DNA of 64,000 bases from Epithemia pelagica (Eukaryota > Protista > Bacillariophyta): assembly GCA_946965045.2 (NCBI GenBank), contig OX337230.1, positions 3,224,001 to 3,288,000 of the forward strand, written 5' to 3'. Position numbers and translations under genes: made by a program. The notes below the pieces were generated by a model that saw nothing but the letters and a program-made list of their open reading frames with translations, had not been told where the DNA came from and did not search any database. Positions 22,357 through 33,005 of the stretch are shown in pieces. Positions within the stretch are counted from its first letter, which is position 1. Each line of letters begins with the position of its first letter.

Positions 22357-25263
22357 CTAAATACCAGGTTTTTTCGTAGCCAGAAGCACTCTACGATAAT
22401 CACCCTGGACGGCAACGCGATGGCCATCGAGCGTAAGGTTAACCCGAATGATCCCACTTGGGCGATCACCAGGAATGTCCTTTTGATGGAAGTAGCACTC
22501 TGAAAGCCTTTGTCCAGAAGGTAGATTGTAGCTGTTCTTTGGCATGGGATCGTGGATGGTCCCATCTTTTCCTTGGTACACGTAAAAATGTGCACGTGGA
22601 TTTCCCAGCTCTCCAGTCTTAAAGCCACCAGCATGGACAGTATCTCCTCGAACGAGGAGAAACTTGCCGTACGGGATTTGTACCACGTTACCCAACTCAT
22701 GCGTATAGTTCTCGTGCTTCTCAGCACGGTAGCTCCACAATTCAATGGACATACCCTCCTCCGTCAGGGGTATAAAAACAATGAAGGGGATGCGTTCCCG
22801 GAGTGGCAGATCTGAGAACGATCGCCGAGTCATCCTTTTGCTTTTTTGTTGCTTCCCGGATGGCGTTTTTGGACTCTCGGACATGTTTCCTGTTACGGCC
22901 GGGAACAAGAAGTCGATGTGAGGTTCTTGCACTTCTTCCCGAGTGGATTTCATAAGCGAAAGGTGAATGCTCATTTGGTCTGCAAATGATTCATCTTTTG
23001 CGTACTTCATTCCATGGAGAGCTGAGGCAAGAAACTGCTTGAAATCTGTCGTGACTTTTTGGACATGTTCTGGGTCGCAGTCGTTGAAGTACCGAGTGTT
23101 GGCCACCATGCCCTCATGTTCCATCATCGCCATCAACAAATTTGGGGTGTAGTCTTGAACAGATTTGAAAAAGGTGCCCTTTCCTTTACTGTTCAGGTGT
23201 TTGCCTTTCCACACTTGCTCCAGCAACTGGAGGAGGTCTGGCGGCGTTGTAAAAAAACAGCCTCGATAGATTTTGTTTTCACTATCGTATAGCGATTTGA
23301 AATACTTCTTGCGCAATTCTCTATTTTGCAACATCTGTTGCTTTTGCCATTCACCCTCCTGCATTAACTCGTCGATCGCATTCATCTCCGGAGCAAAAGA
23401 ATTGTCATCCGACATCTCCTGATCAAAAGAATTGTCATCCGTGGTGTCACTTTCTGAAAATTCTGGCAAGGCAATTACTCGTACTAACATTCCAGAAAGG
23501 GAGCGATCGGGTCGAGTGGCGGGTTGAGCTTGTGCTGCAGGTGGGACGGGATTGCTCGGACGCTCCGGTGAACCTACGACCGGCTGGGTCGTGCGTTGTT
23601 GTTGCTGCGATAAAGGCAGAGCCCCCTGGTAACCTCCTCCATAATGGGGTTGATTATAGGACGGGGGATGCCCATGGTAATGCGGCTGAGGATGATGCGG
23701 CGGCGGAGGATGATGCGGCGGAGGATGATACGAAGGAGGATGATGATGATACGAAGGAGGATGATGATGATGATGCGGCGGAGGATGATACGAAGGAGGA
23801 TGATGACGATGCGGTGGATCATAATATGGCGGAGGATGATGACGATGCGGTGGATCATAATATGGCGGAGGATGAGGATGATGCGGTGGATCATAATACG
23901 GCGGAGGATGAGGATGATACGGCGGAGGATGATGTGGTGGCAGCTGAGGGGGCGAATTGTAGTGCCCAGAAACGTCTTGCGGAGGAGGCGGAGAAGGAAG
24001 AGCAGGAGGACGAGCAACAGCAGCAACTGGGCGGAAAACAGTAGTAGAAGAGGTAGCGAAAGCCTTCTTTGTTTTTTTCCCGTCGTCTTCATTTTCATCA
24101 CTGGGTCGACCGCGTTTCTTTCCCTCGTCTTCGTCGTCGTCACCTTTCGTCGACGGTCGGATAACCTGTTCGGAGGACGTCGGCGATTCGTCCGAAAGGT
24201 TATAAAACAAAGACAGCTCGTCGCCCTTTTCGATCGGCTTGATTGCCTTGACTAGAAGATTCGGCATGATTCTCACGTTGTAATGATCATCCGATTCATC
24301 CGGTGGATTGTCTGTACCGTACCGATGGTGTAGGTGGTCGTTGATTAAGTGCAGCCCCATGCCGAAGTGATCGTCGTTGTCTGCTTGAAGCCTTCGATTG
24401 TCACGTCCGAACTGAATCGCGTACTCGTTGGGTACAACTGTCCGAGACGTGACGTCGTTTCCCGTGTACGCACCAATCACTTCACCATCTTTGATTGTCC
24501 GAACTGCAAAAACGCCAAACCCGGCGCCTGGGAGTTTTGACTCCTTCACCTCAAACAGAAGCACTTTTCCAAGGTAGATCTTGACTACCGGATTGTTTGC
24601 AAATGTGTAACCGACATGCTTGCCGATCGGGAAGGTATGTTTTCTGTTCTTCTTGACAGGGAGACCCATTCCACTCGAAAGTGGCACAATCTTCCCCTTT
24701 TGCAAGCCAGAACCGGGCTTCCGAATTGGAGCTTCTTGGACCGAAAAAGTGGCCGAAATCTTCCGTGAGACATACTCTCCCATAGCACAGGCAAGTACAG
24801 CACTGTCTTTGATCTTGGAGAGCGTCTTGAGGCCTTCGGTGAAAGTCCTGATTGGATCCCGTCCAGAACGAGAAGGGAGTTTCTCCACTTCCTCGATGCC
24901 TTTCTTGTAGTCCTCTGTGCGCGTATCGATGAGGAGCTGCCGCATTTGAGTTTCCGAATACTGTTTGCTGTGGTCCTTCTCTGGATGGCCACGCCGAACA
25001 TCTGCAAGCTTTTTATCCTTCACTTCGGCAAAGTCTTGATCCGAAAGAAACCGATGGTGCTTTGTTGTTGTCGCTTCGTCTGTTGCTGCTGCTTCGGGTG
25101 CTGCGGCTGCTGCTGCTTCGGGCGCCGCTGCTGCTTTGGCTGACTGCTCTTCCGCTGCATCTATTGCAAGTATAAGAGCGTCAAGATTTCCTTTGTCACT
25201 CATGCTGTCTCGTTTTTGAGCGCCTGCTTTTGAATACTGTTTCTTAGGGCTTGGTTTCCCCAT
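22357..25263 (-). CDS. SET-domain / Pro-His repeat / 2OG-Fe(II) dioxygenase fusion protein
   Basis: SET: GAGFGVFAVRTIKDGEVIGAYTG, HLINDH, AIKPIEKGDELSLFY (about 24199-24560). Dioxygenase: QEPHIDF (HxD), VQIPYGKFLLVRGDTVHAGG (distal His), NPRAHFY (about 22580-22960). Confidence 0.78.
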   Translation of the reverse strand: MGKPSPKKQYSKAGAQKRDSMSDKGNLDALILAIDAAEEQSAKAAAAPEAAAAAAPEAAATDEATTTKHHRFLSDQDFAEVKDKKLADVRRGHPEKDHSKQYSETQMRQLLIDTRTEDYKKGIEEVEKLPSRSGRDPIRTFTEGLKTLSKIKDSAVLACAMGEYVSRKISATFSVQEAPIRKPGSGLQKGKIVPLSSGMGLPVKKNRKHTFPIGKHVGYTFANNPVVKIYLGKVLLFEVKESKLPGAGFGVFAVRTIKDGEVIGAYTGNDVTSRTVVPNEYAIQFGRDNRRLQADNDDHFGMGLHLINDHLHHRYGTDNPPDESDDHYNVRIMPNLLVKAIKPIEKGDELSLFYNLSDESPTSSEQVIRPSTKGDDDEDEGKKRGRPSDENEDDGKKTKKAFATSSTTVFRPVAAVARPPALPSPPPPQDVSGHYNSPPQLPPHHPPPYHPHPPPYYDPPHHPHPPPYYDPPHRHHPPPYYDPPHRHHPPSYHPPPHHHHHPPSYHHHPPSYHPPPHHPPPPHHPQPHYHGHPPSYNQPHYGGGYQGALPLSQQQQRTTQPVVGSPERPSNPVPPAAQAQPATRPDRSLSGMLVRVIALPEFSESDTTDDNSFDQEMSDDNSFAPEMNAIDELMQEGEWQKQQMLQNRELRKKYFKSLYDSENKIYRGCFFTTPPDLLQLLEQVWKGKHLNSKGKGTFFKSVQDYTPNLLMAMMEHEGMVANTRYFNDCDPEHVQKVTTDFKQFLASALHGMKYAKDESFADQMSIHLSLMKSTREEVQEPHIDFLFPAVTGNMSESPKTPSGKQQKSKRMTRRSFSDLPLRERIPFIVFIPLTEEGMSIELWSYRAEKHENYTHELGNVVQIPYGKFLLVRGDTVHAGGFKTGELGNPRAHFYVYQGKDGTIHDPMPKNSYNLPSGQRLSECYFHQKDIPGDRPSGIIRVNLTLDGHRVAVQGDYRRVLLATKKPGI
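23690..23935 (-). repeat. Coding Pro/His/Tyr repeats, including 3 x 36-bp units (PPPYYDPPHRHH)
   Basis: GCGGTGGATCATAATA recurs at 36-bp spacing. Confidence 0.85.
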
Positions 25264-25673
25264 GGTCGAAACGCAAAAACTCGAAACACGAAACACAAGA
25301 AACACGAAACGCAGCATTCTCCTCAGCCCTCAGCTCACATTCCAAAAAAAAATCTTGAGCTCACATACTAAAAAACGGTGAAGTTTTGGTATGTGGGCTG
25401 AGTTACTTAAGGATTTGCGTGCCAGTTTTGCGATGCGTGCGCGTTTTCGGAGAGGGAGGCGTGTTTCGCGCGAGGTCTGCTCCGAAAATCGTCCATTTTC
25501 TCGCTCTCTCACATTTTCGAGGTACTTACAAACTGATAATCCAACACGCAACACGAGCACGCAACACGGAAGTGATCATTGATACCAATAACTGACAAGA
25601 AATACATTCAATAAAATGGATTGCTGTTATAAATAGTATGTTACATGCATTTTGATGATAAATGGAGATTAGA

Positions 25674-28600
25674 TCAGGTTTCTACTGCACCAGATCCTTG
25701 CGTTTCTCTCCAGAGACGTGAGATGAAGCCATGATCTTGGTCGAAGGCGGATCGGTGACACTTGATTGCTTTTGACATCTTTTCAATTTCGGCATACGAG
25801 AGGCCCGCAGCTGCATAGTCTCTGTTGTTGGAATTTTGATCGTATAACAAGTACGCGAGCATATAGCGACGTGCCTTTGCTGACATTTTCCGCATGATTT
25901 CGGGTGTTGTTTTCTTCAGGCTCGCTGTCAAACATCGTAAAAAGGCAGCTTTGTCTTTCTTCTCATTCAGTGAGAAAGCACGAAAGACTTTTTTTGAGTA
26001 ACCCCAGCCATACTCGATCCCCTCACCGGCCATTTCACAGTGATACTTGGTCGATACGAGAATCTCGATCCTGCAACGATGTCGTTCAGACAAGTCTTCC
26101 GCCAGCTTCTCCATTGCAGATTTTTCGTTCTTGAAATCGGGGCATTCGCTCATCAGATGAACCATAGAGTACTTTTTGTAGTCCGCCTGATAGGCTTCTT
26201 TCACAGTCTTCTTATCTGCTTCCAACCATGCATCTCTGGTTGTCTTGACGTACTTGATCATGTTGTTAGGGTCTATCCACCCCCGCTCCCATAACACTTG
26301 AAAGAGCCCTTTTGCAGCATTCATCCAGCCTTCCTCGATCACATCATCTTCAATCACCGTTGCAATGTTGGAGCGTTTACAAAGGTCCTGTAGTTCACCA
26401 GCATTTTTCGATTGAAATGAACGTTGCATTCCAGGTCCCATGACCCGGACAAGTTTTGCCATGAGCTCCTTCTTTGTGAGGTTGCGCTTTTTCTTTCTAC
26501 CAGTTCGGTGTGTATTCTTCGATGCAACACGCTGCGCGTCATTGAGACGATGGCCTTTTTTAGCAACTGGACCACGATCGTTCTCCTGATAGACGAGGTG
26601 TTGTACGTCACCAACTCGTAGTTTGTCGTCATGGTTGTACGGGCCAAGGCAAGCTTGATCAATAATTTGTGTGTCCCGCATGCTGGGAACAGCTCCTCCC
26701 CAGTCGTTATTCATGTTCAGAGCATTTAACCCATCGGATTGTTGTTTTCCATGACCACTGCTTTGGTCGAACAAAAAGACAAAGTCATGGGCGGGGAACA
26801 TGACCACGAGGCAATCGACAATATCTTCCAACTGCAAGGCCATGTATTCATAATTCCAATATCCCTCTTTATCTGCTCCGTATTCAAAAAAGCGAGTGAA
26901 CGGTTGGGCATTGGTAATTGGAGTCTTGGCAGTGTGACCATTGAGGTTCACTGCAGCCTCGGTAGAGACGTATTTGTTGTGTGTCGCATGTAGACGGAGT
27001 TCATTAATCCGAAATAGACTCGCAGCAAGCAACGGGTTTCCGTTCATAAGGAAGCCCCATGATCGGCTTACAAAAGCGCTGATCATCATCCCATGTCCAT
27101 CATCCTTTGGCAGCATTTTAGTTGCGCCATCTTTAGTGTACCATGCCTTAGACGAGAAGGAAAACTGCTTGTAGATCGATTCGTCCTGGCCGATGAGGAT
27201 GACAGGTTTGCGGTCGGAGGGAAACCTGTGTGACAAGTTTCCATTGTGAATTGTGTTTTCTGGTTTGATGTACCGTTCAAATTCGCTTGGGAAGGCATCA
27301 ACATGGTACTCCCGCATCTGCTTGCCTGTTGTTACATCAGTGTACTCAAATACAAAGCTGTTTGGCAAGAGCTTCTCCTTGCCCGCATTCCCTTTGTTTT
27401 CAAGTTTGATTGCATCCTTGGTAGGGAGCTGCACCCACCGATACGACAGCTCTTCCCACTTAAAGTACTTCTTGACAAAAGCAGCTCTGTGGGCAATATT
27501 CTCAGCATTTTCGTGTCGATCAGTGAAGTATGTTTTCGTGTGTTCCTTGAACACGAACCCTGCAGCAGCAATACATCGCCACGCTGTGCTTTGCGAAATG
27601 GTGGAAAGCTTCATCGATGCCAAGAAGGCCTCGTACGATACTGGCGTTGCATTCGTATCCATGCACTCTTGTACGATCATGGTATGCATATCCGGAAGCA
27701 ATGTTGTCCTCAGGTACATTAGAGCAGACTCTGTTGTAAGAGTGCTCAGGTTTTCCTTTGCCCAGCATTCAAACTTTACCTTTGCTTCAGGTATGTGAAC
27801 GAATAAGACGGGCGATGGCTCTTTCCCGATATGAACGTGGTAGTTGGGATGAGGGAAACTGTCGTTTTCCCGAAAGTACCTGTGAAAACGAGCAATGGTC
27901 TTGGGATGTTTTTTTACTTTTTCACCATAAATCTGTTCCATTTTGCTAATGGCTTCGCTTATGCAGTTCAGCCATGTACGACCGTGTGGCATATCAAGCA
28001 ACGCTATCTTATAAGAAAGTTGTAGATACGTTGCCTTGAGCAGTACCCTCTGTTGCTGTTCCTGGTTGAGGGGGAAGATGTCTCCCTTGTTAACCACATT
28101 CGGAAGTGCCTCCACGTTGGAAATGGCCCTTTCAAGGGTTTCTATCCATCGCTCAAGATTTCGCTTTGACGATCCTGGAGAATCGCATTTGCCGGCAAAG
28201 AGCCTACGGTTCCTTGGCTCATCAAAACAGGCGCTTTCCATTTGTTGCGATAGACCTTGGATCATCTCACTCTCGAAAACTGAAAAACCAATCGGCAAAC
28301 TCTGTGAATGGTCATGGCCGATTTCGTCTGTGGCCAATTCAGGATGTTGGATTGCTCCAACAAGCACCTGATTTGTGTTGTCGTGAGGTGGTGACGTTTG
28401 CATTTCGGTAGGGCTGTCTCCAATTTGTGGCGGTTGACCATGTTGCTGCGTTGCAGTGCTCTTGATTGCTGGTGGAGTTGAAGTGTTTCTTGCTTGCTTG
28501 GATGTATTTAGCGTGCCTTCACGCAACCCTGGTGACTCTTCGTTCCTTCGCTTCGTTGGCTTCGCTCGTCCCGACCGCCGAATCACATTCTCGGCTGCAG

Positions 28601-29018
28601 CCTCCAGCCATTCTTGATGATCGTCCAACATCACTGGCCCTGTTGTTGTGTTGGAGCTTACATAAAAGAATGTGTATCTTTTATTGTGGATTGTGACTTT
28701 GTGGCGGTACCAGCCAAACTTGTTTGATTCCGACACCTTAGTTTCGAAACAGAGTTTAAGAACAACATCTTTAGTCAAAACAAGATTCAGTCTGAATGGC
28801 GACAGTCCTGGCAGCCAAGTGTGCATGAAGTTCACAATCTGGGTGTCTTGGATCCACTTGTTGCAGAACCCAAACGAGGATGGGGAGCATTGCGTCTTAA
28901 AGACGTCAAGAATCTCTTGTGCCGATAAACTTCGTTCCATCCGAGACTGTGTTGCGTGGGATGAGTCGGATGATCGCGTCATTGAGTATGATGCCAACCC
29001 CGTACCTTGTAGCGCCAT
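25674..29018 (-). CDS. IS630-Tc1-mariner-like DDE transposase, 1114 aa
   Basis: IGQDES (D at 27183), KDDGHGMMISAF, GYWN, FLFDQSSGH (D at 26766), KGLFQVLWERGW, TKYHCEMAGEGIEYGWG (E at 26013). Confidence 0.85.
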   Translation of the reverse strand: MALQGTGLASYSMTRSSDSSHATQSRMERSLSAQEILDVFKTQCSPSSFGFCNKWIQDTQIVNFMHTWLPGLSPFRLNLVLTKDVVLKLCFETKVSESNKFGWYRHKVTIHNKRYTFFYVSSNTTTGPVMLDDHQEWLEAAAENVIRRSGRAKPTKRRNEESPGLREGTLNTSKQARNTSTPPAIKSTATQQHGQPPQIGDSPTEMQTSPPHDNTNQVLVGAIQHPELATDEIGHDHSQSLPIGFSVFESEMIQGLSQQMESACFDEPRNRRLFAGKCDSPGSSKRNLERWIETLERAISNVEALPNVVNKGDIFPLNQEQQQRVLLKATYLQLSYKIALLDMPHGRTWLNCISEAISKMEQIYGEKVKKHPKTIARFHRYFRENDSFPHPNYHVHIGKEPSPVLFVHIPEAKVKFECWAKENLSTLTTESALMYLRTTLLPDMHTMIVQECMDTNATPVSYEAFLASMKLSTISQSTAWRCIAAAGFVFKEHTKTYFTDRHENAENIAHRAAFVKKYFKWEELSYRWVQLPTKDAIKLENKGNAGKEKLLPNSFVFEYTDVTTGKQMREYHVDAFPSEFERYIKPENTIHNGNLSHRFPSDRKPVILIGQDESIYKQFSFSSKAWYTKDGATKMLPKDDGHGMMISAFVSRSWGFLMNGNPLLAASLFRINELRLHATHNKYVSTEAAVNLNGHTAKTPITNAQPFTRFFEYGADKEGYWNYEYMALQLEDIVDCLVVMFPAHDFVFLFDQSSGHGKQQSDGLNALNMNNDWGGAVPSMRDTQIIDQACLGPYNHDDKLRVGDVQHLVYQENDRGPVAKKGHRLNDAQRVASKNTHRTGRKKKRNLTKKELMAKLVRVMGPGMQRSFQSKNAGELQDLCKRSNIATVIEDDVIEEGWMNAAKGLFQVLWERGWIDPNNMIKYVKTTRDAWLEADKKTVKEAYQADYKKYSMVHLMSECPDFKNEKSAMEKLAEDLSERHRCRIEILVSTKYHCEMAGEGIEYGWGYSKKVFRAFSLNEKKDKAAFLRCLTASLKKTTPEIMRKMSAKARRYMLAYLLYDQNSNNRDYAAAGLSYAEIEKMSKAIKCHRSAFDQDHGFISRLWRETQGSGAVET

Positions 29019-29290
29019 TGAGGGTGGTTCAAGTAAACCCTAAAGCATCCGGATGCAGCTCGGCTACAAGGTAGGCGGTTGGGATGGCCCTCCACCATGG
29101 TCGTTAGACAACAACCGTTTTTTCATCATTTTCGACGGAATTCTAGCGTTCGGAAGCTGTCACACATCACGTTACGAATAAAAAATTTATTATTCAGACA
29201 CTGGGTTGTCACGAGTCGGACACTTTCATTCACTAGTCAGGCCAAACGCTATTGAGGATTATATTTTATGGTACTAAATCTACGAGGGGT

Positions 29291-29324
29291 CTACGTCAGG
29301 AACATACTCCCTGAACTCAGCTTG
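29291..29324 (-). repeat. Right terminal inverted repeat
   Basis: CTACGTCAGGAACATACTCCCTGAACTCAGCTTG|TA, the reverse complement of the left TIR with 3 mismatches. Confidence 0.85.
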
Positions 29325-29820
29325 TAGCTGGAGCCACCGCTCCACTTTTGAGCTACTCCTAGAGTAGCTCTCTACTAGCTACTCTAGCTAGAGAGGAAAA
29401 ATTGGTCGGGTGTCGGGTGTCGCCAGTAACCTGGTAGAGAACTTCATGCTGTGCTTTGGGGGAAGTACTTCCAGTTCTATACAAGAAGATAACTTTAAGT
29501 TCGGCACATAAAAGTTCTCGCAACAGTGAATGTTCTTGCTTTTCTGCTGCGCCGCTTTCAAAAGTCGAGCATCATGAAATCGGGGCATTGAGCATTGAGC
29601 TTTTGTTCGGGGATCGGGTATGGGGATCGGGGGATATGTTGTTATGTTGTTCTGGTTTCGGGTTGCGAAGAAAATCTGAACATGTCTGCCGAATTCGACG
29701 ACGACAGCGATCTCCAACCTCCAACTTTGGGATCCTGCTCACAAATTGGATCAACCATAAGTGCGACACACTCCTCAATCAAAGCATTGCGACACACTCC
29801 TCAAAGCACAGTTTACAACC

Positions 29821-30675
29821 ATGAGCGAAAAAATGTCTTGTCTCGACGATCTTGTGCATTTGAACAACTTGGGCATTGTCAGAATCCAATACGGCATGTT
29901 TGATGAGGCAGCTCGAGTATTTCGGGATGCCCTCTGCATTGTCTACAACGCAGATTCTTGCGGCGATTCTCCTCAAGCCTCTAAACATCAAGCGTCTCCA
30001 TCTGAATTGATCACAGGACTCCATGTTGATGAGACGGATGATTTATTGTCCACTTCATATCTCTCACAAGACTGTGATAAGAAGAGCGACGTCGTGGCCT
30101 TATCACGGGAATTCTTCTCGGATCACAATACTTTAATCCCACACAAATCGGCATTTTTGTTCTTCAACAATTGCAACGTTCCATTTGTTCAGGATCGTGA
30201 TGCCATGGACGTCTGCGAGGAGGAGGGAACATGCTCTCCCTTATTGAGAAAGAAAACCATTTCGGCAATTTTGCTTTTCAACTTGGCTCTCAGCTACCAT
30301 TTGCGCGCGATTCGACTCAACTCCAGTGCCAGTCCAGAACACGCCCAACATCTACGTCGAGCTCAAGCGCTTTATGGCATGGCCGAACAAGTGCTTTTGC
30401 AGAGTTCCACGGAATGCTGTAGCAAAGAGGACTGTTGTATGACCGAACCTCGAGTTTTGTTGGCTATTTATAATAACAAGGCGTGCATTTCCTTCCATTT
30501 CTGGAATATTTCGGAATGTGAAAGCCAACTTATCGCCTTGCGGTACCTGTTGGCCAACGGCTTGCAGCGTGATGGTGACGAACAAGTCGTATCGGAAGAC
30601 GATGAAAATGTTCGTCACTTTTTTTGGAACGCCATTTCGTTGGCCAAACTTGCCATGACGGCTCCAGCGGCTTGA
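29821..30675 (+). CDS. TPR-like helical hypothetical protein
   Basis: LNNLGIVRIQYGMFDEAARVFRDAL, AILLFNLALSYHL, AIYNNKACISF. Confidence 0.7.
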   Translation: MSEKMSCLDDLVHLNNLGIVRIQYGMFDEAARVFRDALCIVYNADSCGDSPQASKHQASPSELITGLHVDETDDLLSTSYLSQDCDKKSDVVALSREFFSDHNTLIPHKSAFLFFNNCNVPFVQDRDAMDVCEEEGTCSPLLRKKTISAILLFNLALSYHLRAIRLNSSASPEHAQHLRRAQALYGMAEQVLLQSSTECCSKEDCCMTEPRVLLAIYNNKACISFHFWNISECESQLIALRYLLANGLQRDGDEQVVSEDDENVRHFFWNAISLAKLAMTAPAA

Positions 30676-31295
30676 TTTTTTCGACATTCTTCAAATTTCT
30701 GTCGCTCGAGCCAAATTTCAGTGGAATGCATCCAGTTTTGAAGAATATTATGGACCTGTGATGCCTTATCCGTTTTTGAAGACGTCTGTTATTTTCATGA
30801 ACATCTCATTACTATTTTCTCTAAAAAGCCAGTTTTTCAAATGTAACTACCAACATACTTTAATCAAGGGGATTTCCCCTATTTGTCATTTCATGCCTCA
30901 AATCTATTTTAACCAGTGCCTGGCGGTTGGCAGAGTTCCTCTAAAATGTTCTTCATCTCTATACGGATAGTCTTTCGCCGATAACTCGAACCTGCTCCTA
31001 CTAGGCCAATTGGTCGGGTGTATACATCGGCCGCCACGGCTTCTGGTCGATCTTAGTCTGAAAACAAGAACCAAAGATTCTTTAGTCTTCACTGGGTCTT
31101 TCCCCTTCCCGGGCTGCCTTTCTTGAAAGGTGTGAAAGGCCGAGGCTATCTCTCCGCCATGGCCGGACATTTGGCCTAATAATCACAGCCAATGGCCAAT
31201 AGCCAGTAACTCACAACTCACAACAGGTAGACAATGGGCACTCGGTACTTCGTACTTGTAGCTTGTAACTTGTAACTCGTATTGTACCTCATCTC

Positions 31296-31401
31296 TGCCA
31301 TACCCATGTAAAATAGCACGGTATAAAAATTGTGATCTTTAGGAATTACGAGGAATTAGGGGGGATGAGGAATCCACAGTGCCACGTGCGACGAGAAATG
31401 A
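31296..31401 (-). repeat. Gypsy 3' LTR, part 1 (split by Harbinger)
   Basis: Identical to 39928-40033. Confidence 0.95.
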
Positions 31402-31643
31402 GGGTCGGTCTTATCGGCGTGAAATTTCACACATTTCACACTTCTGGCCGACGTGGCCTGACGTTGCCAAGGTGGGCTGTGAAATTTTTGTGAATTTCAC
31501 ACGAGCCAATTTGAGACCCCCCATTGCAGTTTCACCAAAATTTCACAATTCATCTACGTTGACTAGGTGTAATTGTCCCCACAGTACATTAGGACATTCT
31601 TAGTTCCTAGCCCCTCCACAGCAATCACACAGCTATTGCCACC

Positions 31644-32969
31644 ATGGAGTCGTCGTCCAGTGCACCTCCAGAAGAGGGCCCTCAAAAGAAGAAGCCCAAG
31701 CGAGTAGAGAAGCCGTTACCCGAATATTTACAGGGACTAGACTCTCTGAGTCTGGAAGAATACACCATCACTACGGAAAAGAAGATGCTGAAGAACGATG
31801 AAGGTGAAGAGGAAGAAGTCAAAGTGGCATGCACCATTGCCGAGGACAATCAAGTGACTCATCTGGACAAGGATCTCTCAGCTTATCAACTAAGGAGGCT
31901 AGGGCGGAAGATCGGGATCACCAAAGCCAGCTTGAACAAGACAGAGATTCGCTGTCATATCCTCAAGATAAGTCGTAATCAGATAGTCATCAACAAACGG
32001 TTGGAACAAATCCCTTCCACCCAATGTCGGATTATCAATGTGTTGTTCCACAGAGACTTCATTGATGAGTTCATGGCATACAATGATACCAGGTCTCGGA
32101 ATGTGCAAGAATCAGGAAGTGGCGCCCAGTATCAAAGGTTCTGGAAAGAAGTTGTAGATGCGGTAAATGGGGCCGACTCTTCTCCTACAAAGAAGGCAAC
32201 AGACGCAGCCACATCTATGTTGGTGCCCATTAGGGACAGCTTCACCCAACGCCTTATTGATGACAATGACGATATCATTGATGAAGAAGTCGAAGCTGCA
32301 ATAGAGTCAACGGACAGGTATGGCAAATTGGAAAAACGCGATGAAAACGACGCTCTAAATAGTTCCTACAACGAGCACGTGCTAGATGCAATCTTAGGCC
32401 GAGTGGACCCATCAATAAAGAATACGCACAAGGTAAATGAAAAAGAGGTGTCTGACTTGTTCAAGGCACTCATAAAGGTACGAAAAAACATCCAAAGTGC
32501 CATGAATGCGAGTGGCAGTCACTCGAGCGACCCCTGGGACTTTACACGCCATGCCCTGTCAAAAGTCAAAGGGGGACCCTCTATGACACAATTTGTTGCC
32601 TTTTACTTCTTTTCCAAGAGCGAAGCAGTTCCAGAGTTTTCCACAAAGTTCACAACAGTGTTGGCCCCGGACTTGACAATGGACAGTCTTACTCTTCCTC
32701 TTTCATCTAGAAGTTCTTCTCGTGCAACGACTCCTGTCTCAATGTCGACTGCTCGTTCAGGGGACGACGACAAGATTGCCACTGTCATATCTGCAGCTAC
32801 GGATGTGATGGCTGACAATGCCAAAAAACGTGAGACACGAATGGAGAGAGCTGCATTACTCAACGAATTCAGTACTCTAAGTACAGCTATTGTCCAGACA
32901 AACAATGAGGATATGAAAGTGAGACTACAAACAAGGCTTGATGAAGTGGTTGAATCTCTAGGACTGTAG
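31644..32969 (+). CDS. Harbinger accessory ORF (putative DNA-binding, Myb/SANT-type role), 441 aa
   Basis: Intact ORF inside the TIRs, convergent with the transposase; domain inferred from position only. Confidence 0.7.
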   Translation: MESSSSAPPEEGPQKKKPKRVEKPLPEYLQGLDSLSLEEYTITTEKKMLKNDEGEEEEVKVACTIAEDNQVTHLDKDLSAYQLRRLGRKIGITKASLNKTEIRCHILKISRNQIVINKRLEQIPSTQCRIINVLFHRDFIDEFMAYNDTRSRNVQESGSGAQYQRFWKEVVDAVNGADSSPTKKATDAATSMLVPIRDSFTQRLIDDNDDIIDEEVEAAIESTDRYGKLEKRDENDALNSSYNEHVLDAILGRVDPSIKNTHKVNEKEVSDLFKALIKVRKNIQSAMNASGSHSSDPWDFTRHALSKVKGGPSMTQFVAFYFFSKSEAVPEFSTKFTTVLAPDLTMDSLTLPLSSRSSSRATTPVSMSTARSGDDDKIATVISAATDVMADNAKKRETRMERAALLNEFSTLSTAIVQTNNEDMKVRLQTRLDEVVESLGL

Positions 32970-33005
32970 GTAACAGAACAAGTAGTACTAAATAACCATG
33001 ATTTT

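Larger units (their letters stand above)
19570..29324 (-). mobile_element. 9,755-bp IS630-Tc1-mariner-like DNA transposon with cargo genes
   Basis: Inverted repeats 19567-19603 and 29291-29327 match at 34/37 nt; TA on both sides (19568-69, 29325-26); internal DDE transposase next to the right end. Confidence 0.8.
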
